DNA of 60,581 nt from Gemmatimonadales bacterium (GTDB lineage Bacteria > Gemmatimonadota > Gemmatimonadetes > Gemmatimonadales > GWC2-71-9), in NCBI GenBank assembly GCA_025937755.1, contig JAICQR010000002.1:1-60581 (forward strand), in the 5' to 3' direction. Positions 1-8,037 of the stretch are shown here, piece after piece. Below the pieces are notes generated by a model that was not told the DNA's origin, did not search any database, and saw only the letters and a program-made list of their open reading frames with translations. The translations under genes were made by a program, and so were the position numbers. Numbering within the stretch: the stretch's first letter is position 1; each line of letters opens with the position of its first letter.

Positions 1-543
1 CGCGCCGCGTGGACTGCCGCCCTGCTGGCGCTGGACCGGGGCGATACCCTGGAATTCCATCAGCGTCATGGCGCGGTGCATCGCGCTGCAAGCGCAGGTG
101 CCAGTGCCCGGCGGCTGGACATCCTGCTCCACGCCTACGACGCGGCGTCACGGTCACAGCCCGATTCCGCGCTGGTCCTCAGCAGTACACTGTTCGAAAC
201 CGACTCGGCGGGCCGCCTGGGTGGACCCTTCGCGCGCGCGGTGCTGTATATCGGCCGGGGTGAGTGGTACACCGCGCTTGGTCGCCCTCGGGATGCCGAC
301 CACTCGTGGCTCTGGTACACCAACACTTCGTTCGACGACTGGCCCAACGCCGAGCCGCAGGCGGGCGAAGTCGATGCCGTGCTGGGGCCGGCGGCGCGCC
401 TTCGGCGTGCGTCCGCCTCGCTGGAACTGGGTGACACGGCGGCGGCATGTGAGCATGTGCACCGCGTTCGGGAGCTGTGGCACCACTCGGACTCGAGCTT
501 CAAGGCAATGCCGAGTCTCTTCGCGGCGCTCGGCTGCGCATGA
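1..543 (+). CDS. hypothetical protein, C-terminal fragment (5' end outside window)
   Basis: Frame 1 is open from nt 1 to TGA 541-543 with GC-rich third codon positions. ORF-track piece 76..543 is its tail. The stop overlaps the next start as ATGA. No family recognised. Confidence 0.5.
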   Translation, partial: RAAWTAALLALDRGDTLEFHQRHGAVHRAASAGASARRLDILLHAYDAASRSQPDSALVLSSTLFETDSAGRLGGPFARAVLYIGRGEWYTALGRPRDADHSWLWYTNTSFDDWPNAEPQAGEVDAVLGPAARLRRASASLELGDTAAACEHVHRVRELWHHSDSSFKAMPSLFAALGCA

Positions 544-2432
544 TCTACTGTCGCACACTGGGACCCGTGAGCATGCAGCTGGATGGTGGCGCCGCACCAC
601 CGGAGCTGCTCTGGCGCAAGCACCTTGCGCTGGTGGTGTATCTGGCACGTTCGCCCCATCGCACCCGCTCGCGCGACCATCTGCTCGGTCTCCTGTGGGG
701 CGACCGGCCCGAACCGGCGGCCCGGCACTCGCTCAACGAGGCACTGCGGCTGGTGCGCCGGCATGTCTCCGATGCAGCCATCCGCACCGATGGCGCCCAG
801 GTCACACTGGCCGAAGAGGCCGTCGCCCTCGATGTGGACCAGCTCAGGGATGCCGCGCGCGCGGGCGATTCGCTGGCCGCGTCGGCGCTCGTCACCGGGG
901 AGTTCATGGAGGGATTTGTGGTGGCCGGCTCGGGCCAGTTCGAGGACTGGCTCGCGGCCGAGCGCGCCGAATGGAGCCAGCTCGCCACCGACGTGCTGAC
1001 ACACGCGGCCGTGACGCACGAACAGAACGGCGACATGGGAGCGAGCGCTGCCGCGGCGCAGCGCGCAGCCACGCTTTCGCCCTGCTCGGACAAGGCGATG
1101 TGTGCCCTGCTTCGCGCACTGGCCCTGCAGGGCAATGGGGCGGTGGCTCTGCAGCACTACGAAGTCTTCACCCGGCGCATGCGCGCCGAACTCGGCGCAG
1201 CGCCGGCGGCCGAGACCCGGACGCTGGCCGAGCGGGTGCGACGGGGCGCGGTGCAGCAACACAGCGCGAGGCCACCGACCGAGGAGCGGAGGGTCGAGCT
1301 TCCGCTGGCAGCGCGCACGTCGGAACTGGAGTCGCTGGTCGCAGCGCTGGCGCACGCCCGCCAGTCGCGGGCGGCAAGTGTTTGTGTCATCGAAGGCGCC
1401 CCCGGCATGGGGCGCACTCGGCTAATCGCGGAACTTTGCGCGCGAGCGCGGGTCGCGGGCGACACGGTCGCCACCGTGCATGCGGTCCCGGCTGACGCGA
1501 CCACGGTGTGGAGCGGTGTGGCGGGTCTGGCGCGCGGTGGACTGATATCGGCGCCGGGCGTGGTCGGCGCATCGCCCGGTGCGATGGCCGCCATCGGCAC
1601 CATTTGTACCGAGTGGGCCGAGCGCTTCGGGAAATCAGGGAACGGGGCCGTGATGGCGGGCGATGCGCTGGTGGACGTGCTGCGGGTATCGTGTGAGGAG
1701 GCGCCGATGGTCCTGATGGTGGACGACGCCCAGTGGCTGGATGGCGAGTCGCTCTCTGCGCTGACCCGGGCGGCCCGGGATCTCGCGGCGCTTCCGCTCA
1801 CCATCGTGCTCACAGTGCTGCTGCACGCGGACCGGGCAGCGCTGGACGCATTGCGCTCACGCATCGGCCGAGACGTGGCCGGCGCTGCCGTGTCGCTCGT
1901 TGCACTCGACCCCGATGCCATCGCGGGCTTCGCGCGCCGCCTGCTGCCTGAGTGGGAGGAAGAGGCCGTGGCCCGTTTGAGCCGGCGGGTCAACGCCGAC
2001 TCCGCGGGGAACCCATTGTTTGCGCTGGAACTGCTCCGCGCCATCACCAACGGCCTCGACCTCGGCCGGCTCCGATCGGCGTGGCCCGAGAAAGACAAGA
2101 CTTTCGACCAGAGCTTCCCCGGCGAGCTGCCGGACAGCGTTGCGGCCGCTATCCGGGTGAACTTCCGGCGGCTTTCCCCCGAAGCGCAGCGCCTGCTCGC
2201 CGCCGCATCAGTCCTGTCCGATCGCAATGAGGAAACGTTGCTGACGCGGGCAGCAGACCTCGACCAGCTCCGGGCGCGGCCGGCCCTGGATGAACTCGAG
2301 CGCCAGCATTGGCTGCTTGATGATGGCCGGGGCTACTCATTCCGGGCGCGGCTGGTACGCGACGTCATCGCCCGCGACATGCTGACTTCAGGCCAGCGGC
2401 GTCGGGTACTGGAGCGGGCAGCCATCACTTGA
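540..2432 (+). CDS. SARP/BTAD-family transcriptional regulator with P-loop NTPase (AAA/NB-ARC-like) domain
   Basis: ORF 477..2432, start moved to ATG 540 (MIYCRTLGP). It has a winged-helix segment HLLGLLWGDRPEPAARHSLNEALRLVRR, a BTAD-like helical region, and the P-loop GAPGMGRT. Confidence 0.8.
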   Translation: MIYCRTLGPVSMQLDGGAAPPELLWRKHLALVVYLARSPHRTRSRDHLLGLLWGDRPEPAARHSLNEALRLVRRHVSDAAIRTDGAQVTLAEEAVALDVDQLRDAARAGDSLAASALVTGEFMEGFVVAGSGQFEDWLAAERAEWSQLATDVLTHAAVTHEQNGDMGASAAAAQRAATLSPCSDKAMCALLRALALQGNGAVALQHYEVFTRRMRAELGAAPAAETRTLAERVRRGAVQQHSARPPTEERRVELPLAARTSELESLVAALAHARQSRAASVCVIEGAPGMGRTRLIAELCARARVAGDTVATVHAVPADATTVWSGVAGLARGGLISAPGVVGASPGAMAAIGTICTEWAERFGKSGNGAVMAGDALVDVLRVSCEEAPMVLMVDDAQWLDGESLSALTRAARDLAALPLTIVLTVLLHADRAALDALRSRIGRDVAGAAVSLVALDPDAIAGFARRLLPEWEEEAVARLSRRVNADSAGNPLFALELLRAITNGLDLGRLRSAWPEKDKTFDQSFPGELPDSVAAAIRVNFRRLSPEAQRLLAAASVLSDRNEETLLTRAADLDQLRARPALDELERQHWLLDDGRGYSFRARLVRDVIARDMLTSGQRRRVLERAAIT

Positions 2433-2505
2433 CCGCGGCTTGACCCGGCTGCTGAAGGTTGCGGGAGTCGTCCATGCCGTTCGACACCGCACCCAGGAGC
2501 TTCCC

Positions 2506-3693
2506 ATGTCGCCCCGTACCCCGTTGTGGATGCTGGCAGCCATGCTGATGTCGGCCTGCGCCGATGCCGGCGCGCCTGAAGTTCTCGACCCGTCATTCAA
2601 GGAGGCCCAGCCGGCGCCGGCCGGGCTGGCAACGGTCTCGCTGCCGCTGGGCGGTGAAGCCGAATTCTGGCCCTACACCGGCACCAACTTCACCGGAACC
2701 GGCCAGGATCCCATCAACGTCGTCATCGCCGGCGACGCCGCTCCCCTCGCCATCCGCGCCGCGCTGATGGGCCTCGACGGCAATCGCACCGGTTTCGGCT
2801 TCCCCGGTTCGGCACCCTTCGATTGCACCTGGGAAGACGGAGTGGGCGGCAGCCAGACGGGGTTCAGCACCGACGGTGGCTGGACCGGCAGCGTAATACA
2901 GATGCAGTGCGGCGAGTACGGTCCGGTGCGGTTCCACCTCAGGCTGTTCGATGCCGGTGACGTAACGCTGGTGGGCGTCCACTTCGAGGTTCTGATTCCC
3001 GGCACCGCCGATCATCAGGTGCTCAGCTGGGAGCTGGCCGAGCAGCTGGTGGTGGCGGACCTGATGCGGACAGGACTGGCCGGAGCTGCGCCTCAGTCCA
3101 CGCCGGCCATCCATGCCGCGCCCTTCCGCGACATTCCTTCAGTGATTTACAACCTGCTGCCGGTGGAGCTGAAGGGCGTCACCGGAGGTCCGCTGGGTGA
3201 GGCCAGTGATGCGGTGCCGATCCAGACCGACGGCAGCGCGACGATCGTCACGCTGGCTTCCGCCGCGCCGATCGTGCCTGGCACGTGGGAGTACGACACG
3301 CCGGTTGAGTTCGGGCAGGTGGTGCCGAAACCATTCTGCAGCCCGGGCCCGGCGGCATATCTGCAGCTGAGCGGGACGGTGCAACTTCATCAGCGGGTGA
3401 AGATCCTGCCCAATGGCAACATGATCGGCGGCTTCACCGCCAGCGGACAGCTTGGCCTGGTCCCGCTCGACTTCTCATCCGGCAGTCCTGTGGTGAGCGG
3501 CGAGCCCTACGGAGCGACGGTAGCCGAGGAACAGATCGTCTCGATCAAGGAGCAGGGCGCGACGCTGAAGCACACCCAGCTCCAGGCGGAAGAGCCGATG
3601 ATCGGCCCGTTCCGCGGGCGGTTCGAAACCCGGCTGGCAGTGGGGCCGGAGGCGAGGAATGACTACGTCGCGAGTGTGGTCTGCGGCAGCTGA
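2506..3693 (+). CDS. hypothetical lipoprotein
   Basis: ORF 2440..3693, start moved to ATG 2506, which is preceded by AGGAG. Signal peptide with lipobox LMSAC. No family recognised. Confidence 0.7.
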   Translation: MSPRTPLWMLAAMLMSACADAGAPEVLDPSFKEAQPAPAGLATVSLPLGGEAEFWPYTGTNFTGTGQDPINVVIAGDAAPLAIRAALMGLDGNRTGFGFPGSAPFDCTWEDGVGGSQTGFSTDGGWTGSVIQMQCGEYGPVRFHLRLFDAGDVTLVGVHFEVLIPGTADHQVLSWELAEQLVVADLMRTGLAGAAPQSTPAIHAAPFRDIPSVIYNLLPVELKGVTGGPLGEASDAVPIQTDGSATIVTLASAAPIVPGTWEYDTPVEFGQVVPKPFCSPGPAAYLQLSGTVQLHQRVKILPNGNMIGGFTASGQLGLVPLDFSSGSPVVSGEPYGATVAEEQIVSIKEQGATLKHTQLQAEEPMIGPFRGRFETRLAVGPEARNDYVASVVCGS

Positions 3694-3797
3694 AAGCGGA
3701 ACTGCAAAAGCGTGAGGGGAACTGAAACTGCGTGAACGGGAGAGCCCCTTTCACGCAGTTGCCTTTCCCTTTCACGCTGTCTGCAACTCCCGCTTTC
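3692..3797. repeat. 106-nt imperfect palindrome between convergent genes
   Basis: Outer arms GAAAGCGG (3692-3699) / CCGCTTTC (3790-3797). Inner paired blocks are AGCGTGA, GGGAA and AACTGCGTGAA, around the loop CGGGAGAGCCCC. Each arm contains two ~20-nt direct repeats (AACTG..GCGTGA..GGG). The right arm runs 26 nt into the EamA 3' end. Confidence 0.7.
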
Positions 3798-4662
3798 GCA
3801 GTCGCAGCACCGGCTGGTTGACCATCAGCATGCTGATCAGGATCAGCCCGAATCCTGCCAGCATTCCTCCGGTGATTTTTTCTCCCAGGAGCAGCACGCC
3901 CCACAGCATGCCGAACGCCGGCACGATATAGGCCACTGTCTGGGTGCGCATCGGTCCGATGCGTTCGATCATCCGGAAGAAAAGCACGAAGGCCAGTGCC
4001 GTCGAGAGCACCGCGAGTCCTGCCAGCGCACTCATGGCGCCGGTTGATGGAGTCGCCTCCGGCAGCATGAGCGTGGCCGGGAGGGCGAGCCACGCGACCG
4101 CGCCGAGCTGCTGGCCCAGGGCCAGGGTGCCGGCGGGAACCCCGGCGAGCTTCCGCTTGGCATAGAACCCGGCCACCGCGTATGACAGCGACGCCAGCAG
4201 CGTCGCACCAATCCCGAGCACGGCTGCCCGGTCCAGCGCGACAGGACTGAAGCCGGTCAGCACCGCGACACCCACCATGCCCAGCAGCAGGCCTGCCCCG
4301 CGCAGCGGAGTCACCCGATCCCTGAGCCAGATGGCCCCGACGATGGCGCCGAAGAGCGGCACCGTGGCGCCCAGTACCGCCACCAGCGAGGCGTTCAGGT
4401 CGAGCTCCGCGAACGCCACCAGGGTGAACGGCAGCGCCGCATTGAAGAGACCCATGAACAGCAGCCTGCCGGCATAGGGTCGCACCACTACCCGTCGCCC
4501 GGCTGCCCTGAGTGCGATCCACAGCACCAGCGCAGCCAGGACGACCCGCCCCGCCATCAACGGCGCCGGACCGAAGTCCGGCACGCCGACCCGGATGAAG
4601 AGATACGATGCACCCCACAGCGCACCCATCAGGGTAAGGGTGCCGAAATCAGACGGCCGCAT
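3772..4662 (-). CDS. EamA/DMT-family transporter
   Basis: ORF 3772..4788, start moved to M43 (MRPSDFGTLTLMGALWGASYLF). Polytopic membrane protein with two EamA-like halves. Overlaps the upstream gene's stop by 14 nt. Confidence 0.8.
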   Translation of the reverse strand: MRPSDFGTLTLMGALWGASYLFIRVGVPDFGPAPLMAGRVVLAALVLWIALRAAGRRVVVRPYAGRLLFMGLFNAALPFTLVAFAELDLNASLVAVLGATVPLFGAIVGAIWLRDRVTPLRGAGLLLGMVGVAVLTGFSPVALDRAAVLGIGATLLASLSYAVAGFYAKRKLAGVPAGTLALGQQLGAVAWLALPATLMLPEATPSTGAMSALAGLAVLSTALAFVLFFRMIERIGPMRTQTVAYIVPAFGMLWGVLLLGEKITGGMLAGFGLILISMLMVNQPVLRLRKRELQTA

Positions 4663-5134
4663 GCACCTCCTCGGCGGGCTGCAGGGTGGAACGATACTGA
4701 CCCGGGGGCATCCGCGACGCGATGGCGACCCGGTTCCAGAAATTGATGCGGCCGACAGCGATGGAAAGATCCGCCAGCTCGGTCTCACTGAAATGCGGCT
4801 TTACCTCCTCGTACACGACATCGGGCACCTGGTCGCGCGACACCAGGGTCAGGGCCTCGGCCCAGGCCAGGCCGGCTCGCTCGCGGTCGCTGTAATAGGG
4901 GGACTCACGCCAGGCGTCGAGCCCGTAGAGCCGCTGCTCGTCCTCACCCAGCGCCCGCAGGTCCTTCCAGTGCATGTCGATGCAGTAGGCGCAGCCGTTG
5001 ATCTGGGAGGCGCGGAGACGAATCAGATGGAGCAGGATCGGCTCGATGCTGGCGTGCTCCAGATATTCGTCCACCGGGGCGATGGCCTCGTATGCCCTGG
5101 GGGTCGCGGTGGTGAAGTTGAAACGGGGCTTCAT
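4649..5134 (-). CDS. carboxymuconolactone decarboxylase / AhpD-like family protein
   Basis: 161 aa with the CxxC motif in RASQINGCAYCIDMHWKD, typical of the CMD/AhpD fold. The start overlaps the cupin stop (ATGA, 5131-5134). Confidence 0.85.
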   Translation of the reverse strand: MKPRFNFTTATPRAYEAIAPVDEYLEHASIEPILLHLIRLRASQINGCAYCIDMHWKDLRALGEDEQRLYGLDAWRESPYYSDRERAGLAWAEALTLVSRDQVPDVVYEEVKPHFSETELADLSIAVGRINFWNRVAIASRMPPGQYRSTLQPAEEVHAAV

Positions 5135-5565
5135 TCTGCCTCCTCGGGTGTTGCCAGCGCCACACTCAACGGTGCTTCGCTGTCACAGGTGAACCAGGCC
5201 AGGAACTTCGCGGGCATTTCCCGGCTGGCGTTGGTGGACATGATATGCTCGACGCCGGGCGCCTCATAGAACGTCTCACCGGCATGGTAAGTGTCGGGAG
5301 CCTGGCCTTCGACCTGCATCCGGACAGCGCCGGAGACCACGTATCCCACCACCGGGCAACCGTGGGCATGCGGCGCCGACGATTCGCCGGGAGCGTAGGT
5401 CACTTCCACCATCGCCACGCGGAGCGCCGCGCCATCGAGCGCGGGCAGCTGCTGGTCGATGGCGAGGCGGGCGCGCTGCGGTTCCGGCGTGGCGCAGCCT
5501 GCTGCCGTGAGAATCAGGGCCAGCGGTGCGGCCTTCAGGGTATTGCGGATCCAACTCAGGTTCAT
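5131..5565 (-). CDS. cupin-domain lipoprotein
   Basis: ORF 5131..6015 trimmed to ATG 5565 (MNLSWIRNTLKAAPLALILTAAGC, lipobox). Cupin motif PGESSAPHAHG...GETFYEAPGVEH. Confidence 0.75.
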   Translation of the reverse strand: MNLSWIRNTLKAAPLALILTAAGCATPEPQRARLAIDQQLPALDGAALRVAMVEVTYAPGESSAPHAHGCPVVGYVVSGAVRMQVEGQAPDTYHAGETFYEAPGVEHIMSTNASREMPAKFLAWFTCDSEAPLSVALATPEEAE

Positions 5566-5604
5566 CGCGTCTCCCGATCTGAGGTGGGCGAATTCTACGG
5601 AACT

Positions 5605-5628
5605 ATTGGACTGGCCAGAAGGTCCATT
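5605..5628. promoter_or_regulatory. candidate MocR operator (inverted repeat ATTGGAC-N10-GTCCATT)
   Basis: TGGAC (5607-5611) and GTCCA (5622-5626) flank the palindromic TGGCCA, within the 99-nt divergent intergenic region between the cupin operon and the MocR gene. Position and symmetry only. Confidence 0.25.
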
Positions 5629-5664
5629 TTCGCTATCTTGGGTGGGCCACTTTGGAGGTCTCCC

Positions 5665-7194
5665 ATGCGCCGCACTTCCCCGACATCGGTACTCGCTCTG
5701 CCTGAACGGGCGCGCGACAGTTCCACCACCCTCTGGCTGGTTGATGCGCTCCGGCAGGAGATCCTGTCCGGTCGTCTCCGAGCCGGCACTCGCCTGCCGG
5801 CCAGTCGCACGCTGGCGCGGGAACACAGGATGGCGCGGGGCACGGTGCAGGCGGCCTTCGAACAGCTTCGGGTGGAGGGATACGTCCGGGCGCGGACCGG
5901 CTCGGGTACGTATGTGACCGATGTACTGCCCGACCAGCTGTTGCGGGTAGGACCGCAGCGGGACCCGGCGGGGTCCAGCCCGGGCAAGCGCACCCCGCCG
6001 AGGCGGCTTTCGCAATTCAGCGCCCGATTGGAGCGGCCGCGCAGTTATCGGCTGCCGAAGCTGCGCGCGTTCCGAGCCAACCAGCCGGCGCTTTCACTTT
6101 TCCCCACCACGCTCTGGGCTCAGATCACCGGCCGGTGTGTCCGGCGGGCCACCATGGATCACCTCACAGAGGGCACGTCGGCCGGGTGGATGCCGCTGCG
6201 CCAGGCGGTGGCGGACTATCTCAACGAGTCGCGCGGGGTGGTGTGCGAGGCCGGACAGGTGCTGATCGTGTCGGGCACCCAGGAAGCAGTGGGTCTCGTG
6301 TCGCAAACCCTGCTGGACCCGGGCGATACCGTGTGCATGGAAGACCCTGGATACGTCGGCGCCGTTCGGATCTTCGAGGCACATGGAGCGCGCATCTGTC
6401 CCATGCGGGTGGACGCCGAGGGGATGGTGGTGCCGAGCGTGCGGATGCGGCCGCCGAAGCTGGCATATGTGACGCCGGCGCACCAGTTCCCGCTGGGCGT
6501 CACCATGACGGCGTGCCGGCGGATCGACCTGCTGGCGTGGGCGCGGGTGACCGGGGCGATGGTGCTGGAGGACGACTACGACAGTGAGTACCGGTTTGCC
6601 GGGCGGCCGGTGCCGGCGCTGCAGGGGCTCGACCGGCGCGGGATGGTGCTGTACGCGGGCAGCTTCAGCAAGGTGCTGTTCCCGGGCCTGCGGCTGGGGT
6701 ATCTGGTGGTGCCGCCGGACCTGGTGGACCGGTTCTCGGCAATGAAGGCGGTGGTGGGGCAGCATGCGCCGCTGCTGGACCAGGCGGTACTGTACGAGTT
6801 CATGGTAGAGGGGCACTTCGGCCGGCACCTGAGGCGGATGCGGGAGATCTACGCGGCTCGGCGGGGTGCACTGCGGGAGGCGGTAGGGCGGCACCTCGAG
6901 GGGCTGCTGGAAGTAGGCGGAATCGAGGCCGGGTTGCAGACGGCGGCGTGGCTGGCGGATGGTATTGACGAGGAGCGCGCGGTGGCGGCGGCAGCCGAGC
7001 GGCAGGTGGAGGTGGTGCCGCTGAGCAGGTATGCCAGGAAGCCGCTGCCCCGGGCCGGCCTGCAGCTTGGGTTTGCGGCGGTGGACGAAACGGAGCTGGA
7101 AAGGGGGGCGGTGGAATTAGGTAGGGCGCTGGAGGCGGTCAGGCGGTCAGGCGGTCAGGGCGGTCAGGGCGGTCAGGGCGGTCGGTCCGCTTGA
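5665..7194 (+). CDS. MocR/PdxR-type regulator (GntR HTH fused to class-I aminotransferase-like PLP domain)
   Basis: ORF 5245..7194, start moved to ATG 5665, which is preceded by GGAGG. N-terminal GntR HTH (LPASRTLAREHRMARGTVQAAFEQLRVEGYV) plus a long aminotransferase-like domain (SFSKVLFPGLRLGY). Confidence 0.85.
   Translation: MRRTSPTSVLALPERARDSSTTLWLVDALRQEILSGRLRAGTRLPASRTLAREHRMARGTVQAAFEQLRVEGYVRARTGSGTYVTDVLPDQLLRVGPQRDPAGSSPGKRTPPRRLSQFSARLERPRSYRLPKLRAFRANQPALSLFPTTLWAQITGRCVRRATMDHLTEGTSAGWMPLRQAVADYLNESRGVVCEAGQVLIVSGTQEAVGLVSQTLLDPGDTVCMEDPGYVGAVRIFEAHGARICPMRVDAEGMVVPSVRMRPPKLAYVTPAHQFPLGVTMTACRRIDLLAWARVTGAMVLEDDYDSEYRFAGRPVPALQGLDRRGMVLYAGSFSKVLFPGLRLGYLVVPPDLVDRFSAMKAVVGQHAPLLDQAVLYEFMVEGHFGRHLRRMREIYAARRGALREAVGRHLEGLLEVGGIEAGLQTAAWLADGIDEERAVAAAAERQVEVVPLSRYARKPLPRAGLQLGFAAVDETELERGAVELGRALEAVRRSGGQGGQGGQGGRSA
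7134..7184 (+). repeat. tandem array 3 x GGCGGTCA (8 nt) + 3 x GGGCGGTCA/G (9 nt) inside MocR 3' end
   Basis: Read directly at 7134-7184. It encodes the tail RRSGGQGGQGGQGGRS just before the stop at 7192-7194. Confidence 0.9.
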
Positions 7195-7233
7195 CCAGAG
7201 GGGGGCGACGGGCGAGTTTTCGCCTCCCCAACA

Positions 7234-7307
7234 GGGCCCGTAGCTCAGCTGGATAGAGCGCTTGCCTCCGGAGCAAGAGGTCGCGCGTTCGAATCGCGCC
7301 GGGCCCG
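7234..7307 (+). tRNA. tRNA-Arg (anticodon CCG)
   Basis: 74-nt cloverleaf: acceptor GGGCCCG/CGGGCCC, D arm GCTC-AGCTGGATA-GAGC, anticodon arm CTTGC-CTCCGGA-GCAAG, variable AGGTC, T arm GCGCG-TTCGAAT-CGCGC, discriminator G. CCA is not encoded. Confidence 0.93.
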
Positions 7308-7323
7308 TGTGCTGAATTACATA

Positions 7324-7361
7324 CCCCGCCCTCCGATGCATGGAGGCGGGGCTTTTTCTTT
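7324..7361 (+). terminator. intrinsic terminator after tRNA-Arg
   Basis: Stem CCCCGCCCTCC / GGAGGCGGGG (one bulge), loop GATGCAT, followed by CTTTTTCTTT. Confidence 0.75.
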
Positions 7362-7365
7362 GGCC

Positions 7366-7402
7366 TTGACAGTTTTCTGATGTAAGTAAATATTTACTTT
7401 CA
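7366..7402 (+). promoter_or_regulatory. promoter (TTGACA-N17-AATATT) with overlapping 22-bp palindromic operator; leaderless TetR mRNA likely
   Basis: -35 TTGACA at 7366-7371; AT-rich -10 region TAAATATT at 7387-7394. Palindrome TGTAAGTAAAT/ATTTACTTTCA at 7381-7402 (10 of 11 positions symmetric; core AAGTAAATATTTACTT is perfect). The ATG at 7402 is too close to the -10 for an SD sequence. Confidence 0.55.
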
Positions 7403-8037
7403 TGAAACGAGACCTACCCACGGCCCCGACGCCCCGTACCCGCCAGTATCGCTCCGGCGTCGAGCGGAGAGGCGAGATCGTTGAGGCCACAATCGCGATC
7501 ATCGCCGAACAGGGCCTCCGCGAGGTCAAGACCGCCGAACTGGCCCGGCGCGTCGGAGTGTCCGAAGCGACCATTTTCCGCCACTTCGGATCGCTCGAGG
7601 AGGTCCTCATTGCGGCGGTGACCCGGGAAGCCGCCGTGCTCAGGGACCGGATTTCGGCCTTCGAAGGAAGCGGTACCCCCTGGGAGCGCGCCGAGCAGCT
7701 GGTTCTTGCCCTGATCGACTTCTTCGAAGAGACCGGCGGCGGCCCAATCGTAATCGTGACCGGCCAGGTGGTCCGGATCTCCCCCGAAATCCGCGACGTT
7801 GCCATGACTACCCTCGGCCTCGCACGCCGGCGGCTGCTGGGATACGTGTCCGAGTCGGTGGCCGCTTCGGGAGCGCCGGCGTCGCCGGAGCACGTGACCG
7901 ACCTGCTTATCGCCGTCATTCAGTCCAACGCGCTGCGCTGGATCATGTCCGACCGGCAGTGGCCCATGCATGCGGCAGCCGAGCAGATGCTCGCGCTGCT
8001 CCGCTGCACCGTCGCGCCGCGGGGAGACAACGCATGA
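7402..8037 (+). CDS. TetR-family transcriptional repressor
   Basis: 211 aa. N-terminal TetR HTH (IVEATIAIIAEQGLREVKTAELARRVGVSEATIFRHFGS). Confidence 0.9.
   Translation: MKRDLPTAPTPRTRQYRSGVERRGEIVEATIAIIAEQGLREVKTAELARRVGVSEATIFRHFGSLEEVLIAAVTREAAVLRDRISAFEGSGTPWERAEQLVLALIDFFEETGGGPIVIVTGQVVRISPEIRDVAMTTLGLARRRLLGYVSESVAASGAPASPEHVTDLLIAVIQSNALRWIMSDRQWPMHAAAEQMLALLRCTVAPRGDNA

Noticed and set aside
68-1495. Long alternative-frame ORFs (68..1495 +, 135..1355 -, 545..1135 -) over the first two genes
   Set aside because: Their Arg/Ala/Pro-rich composition shows no domain signature. The frames carrying the SARP regulator and the upstream fragment show proper motifs and ATGA coupling.
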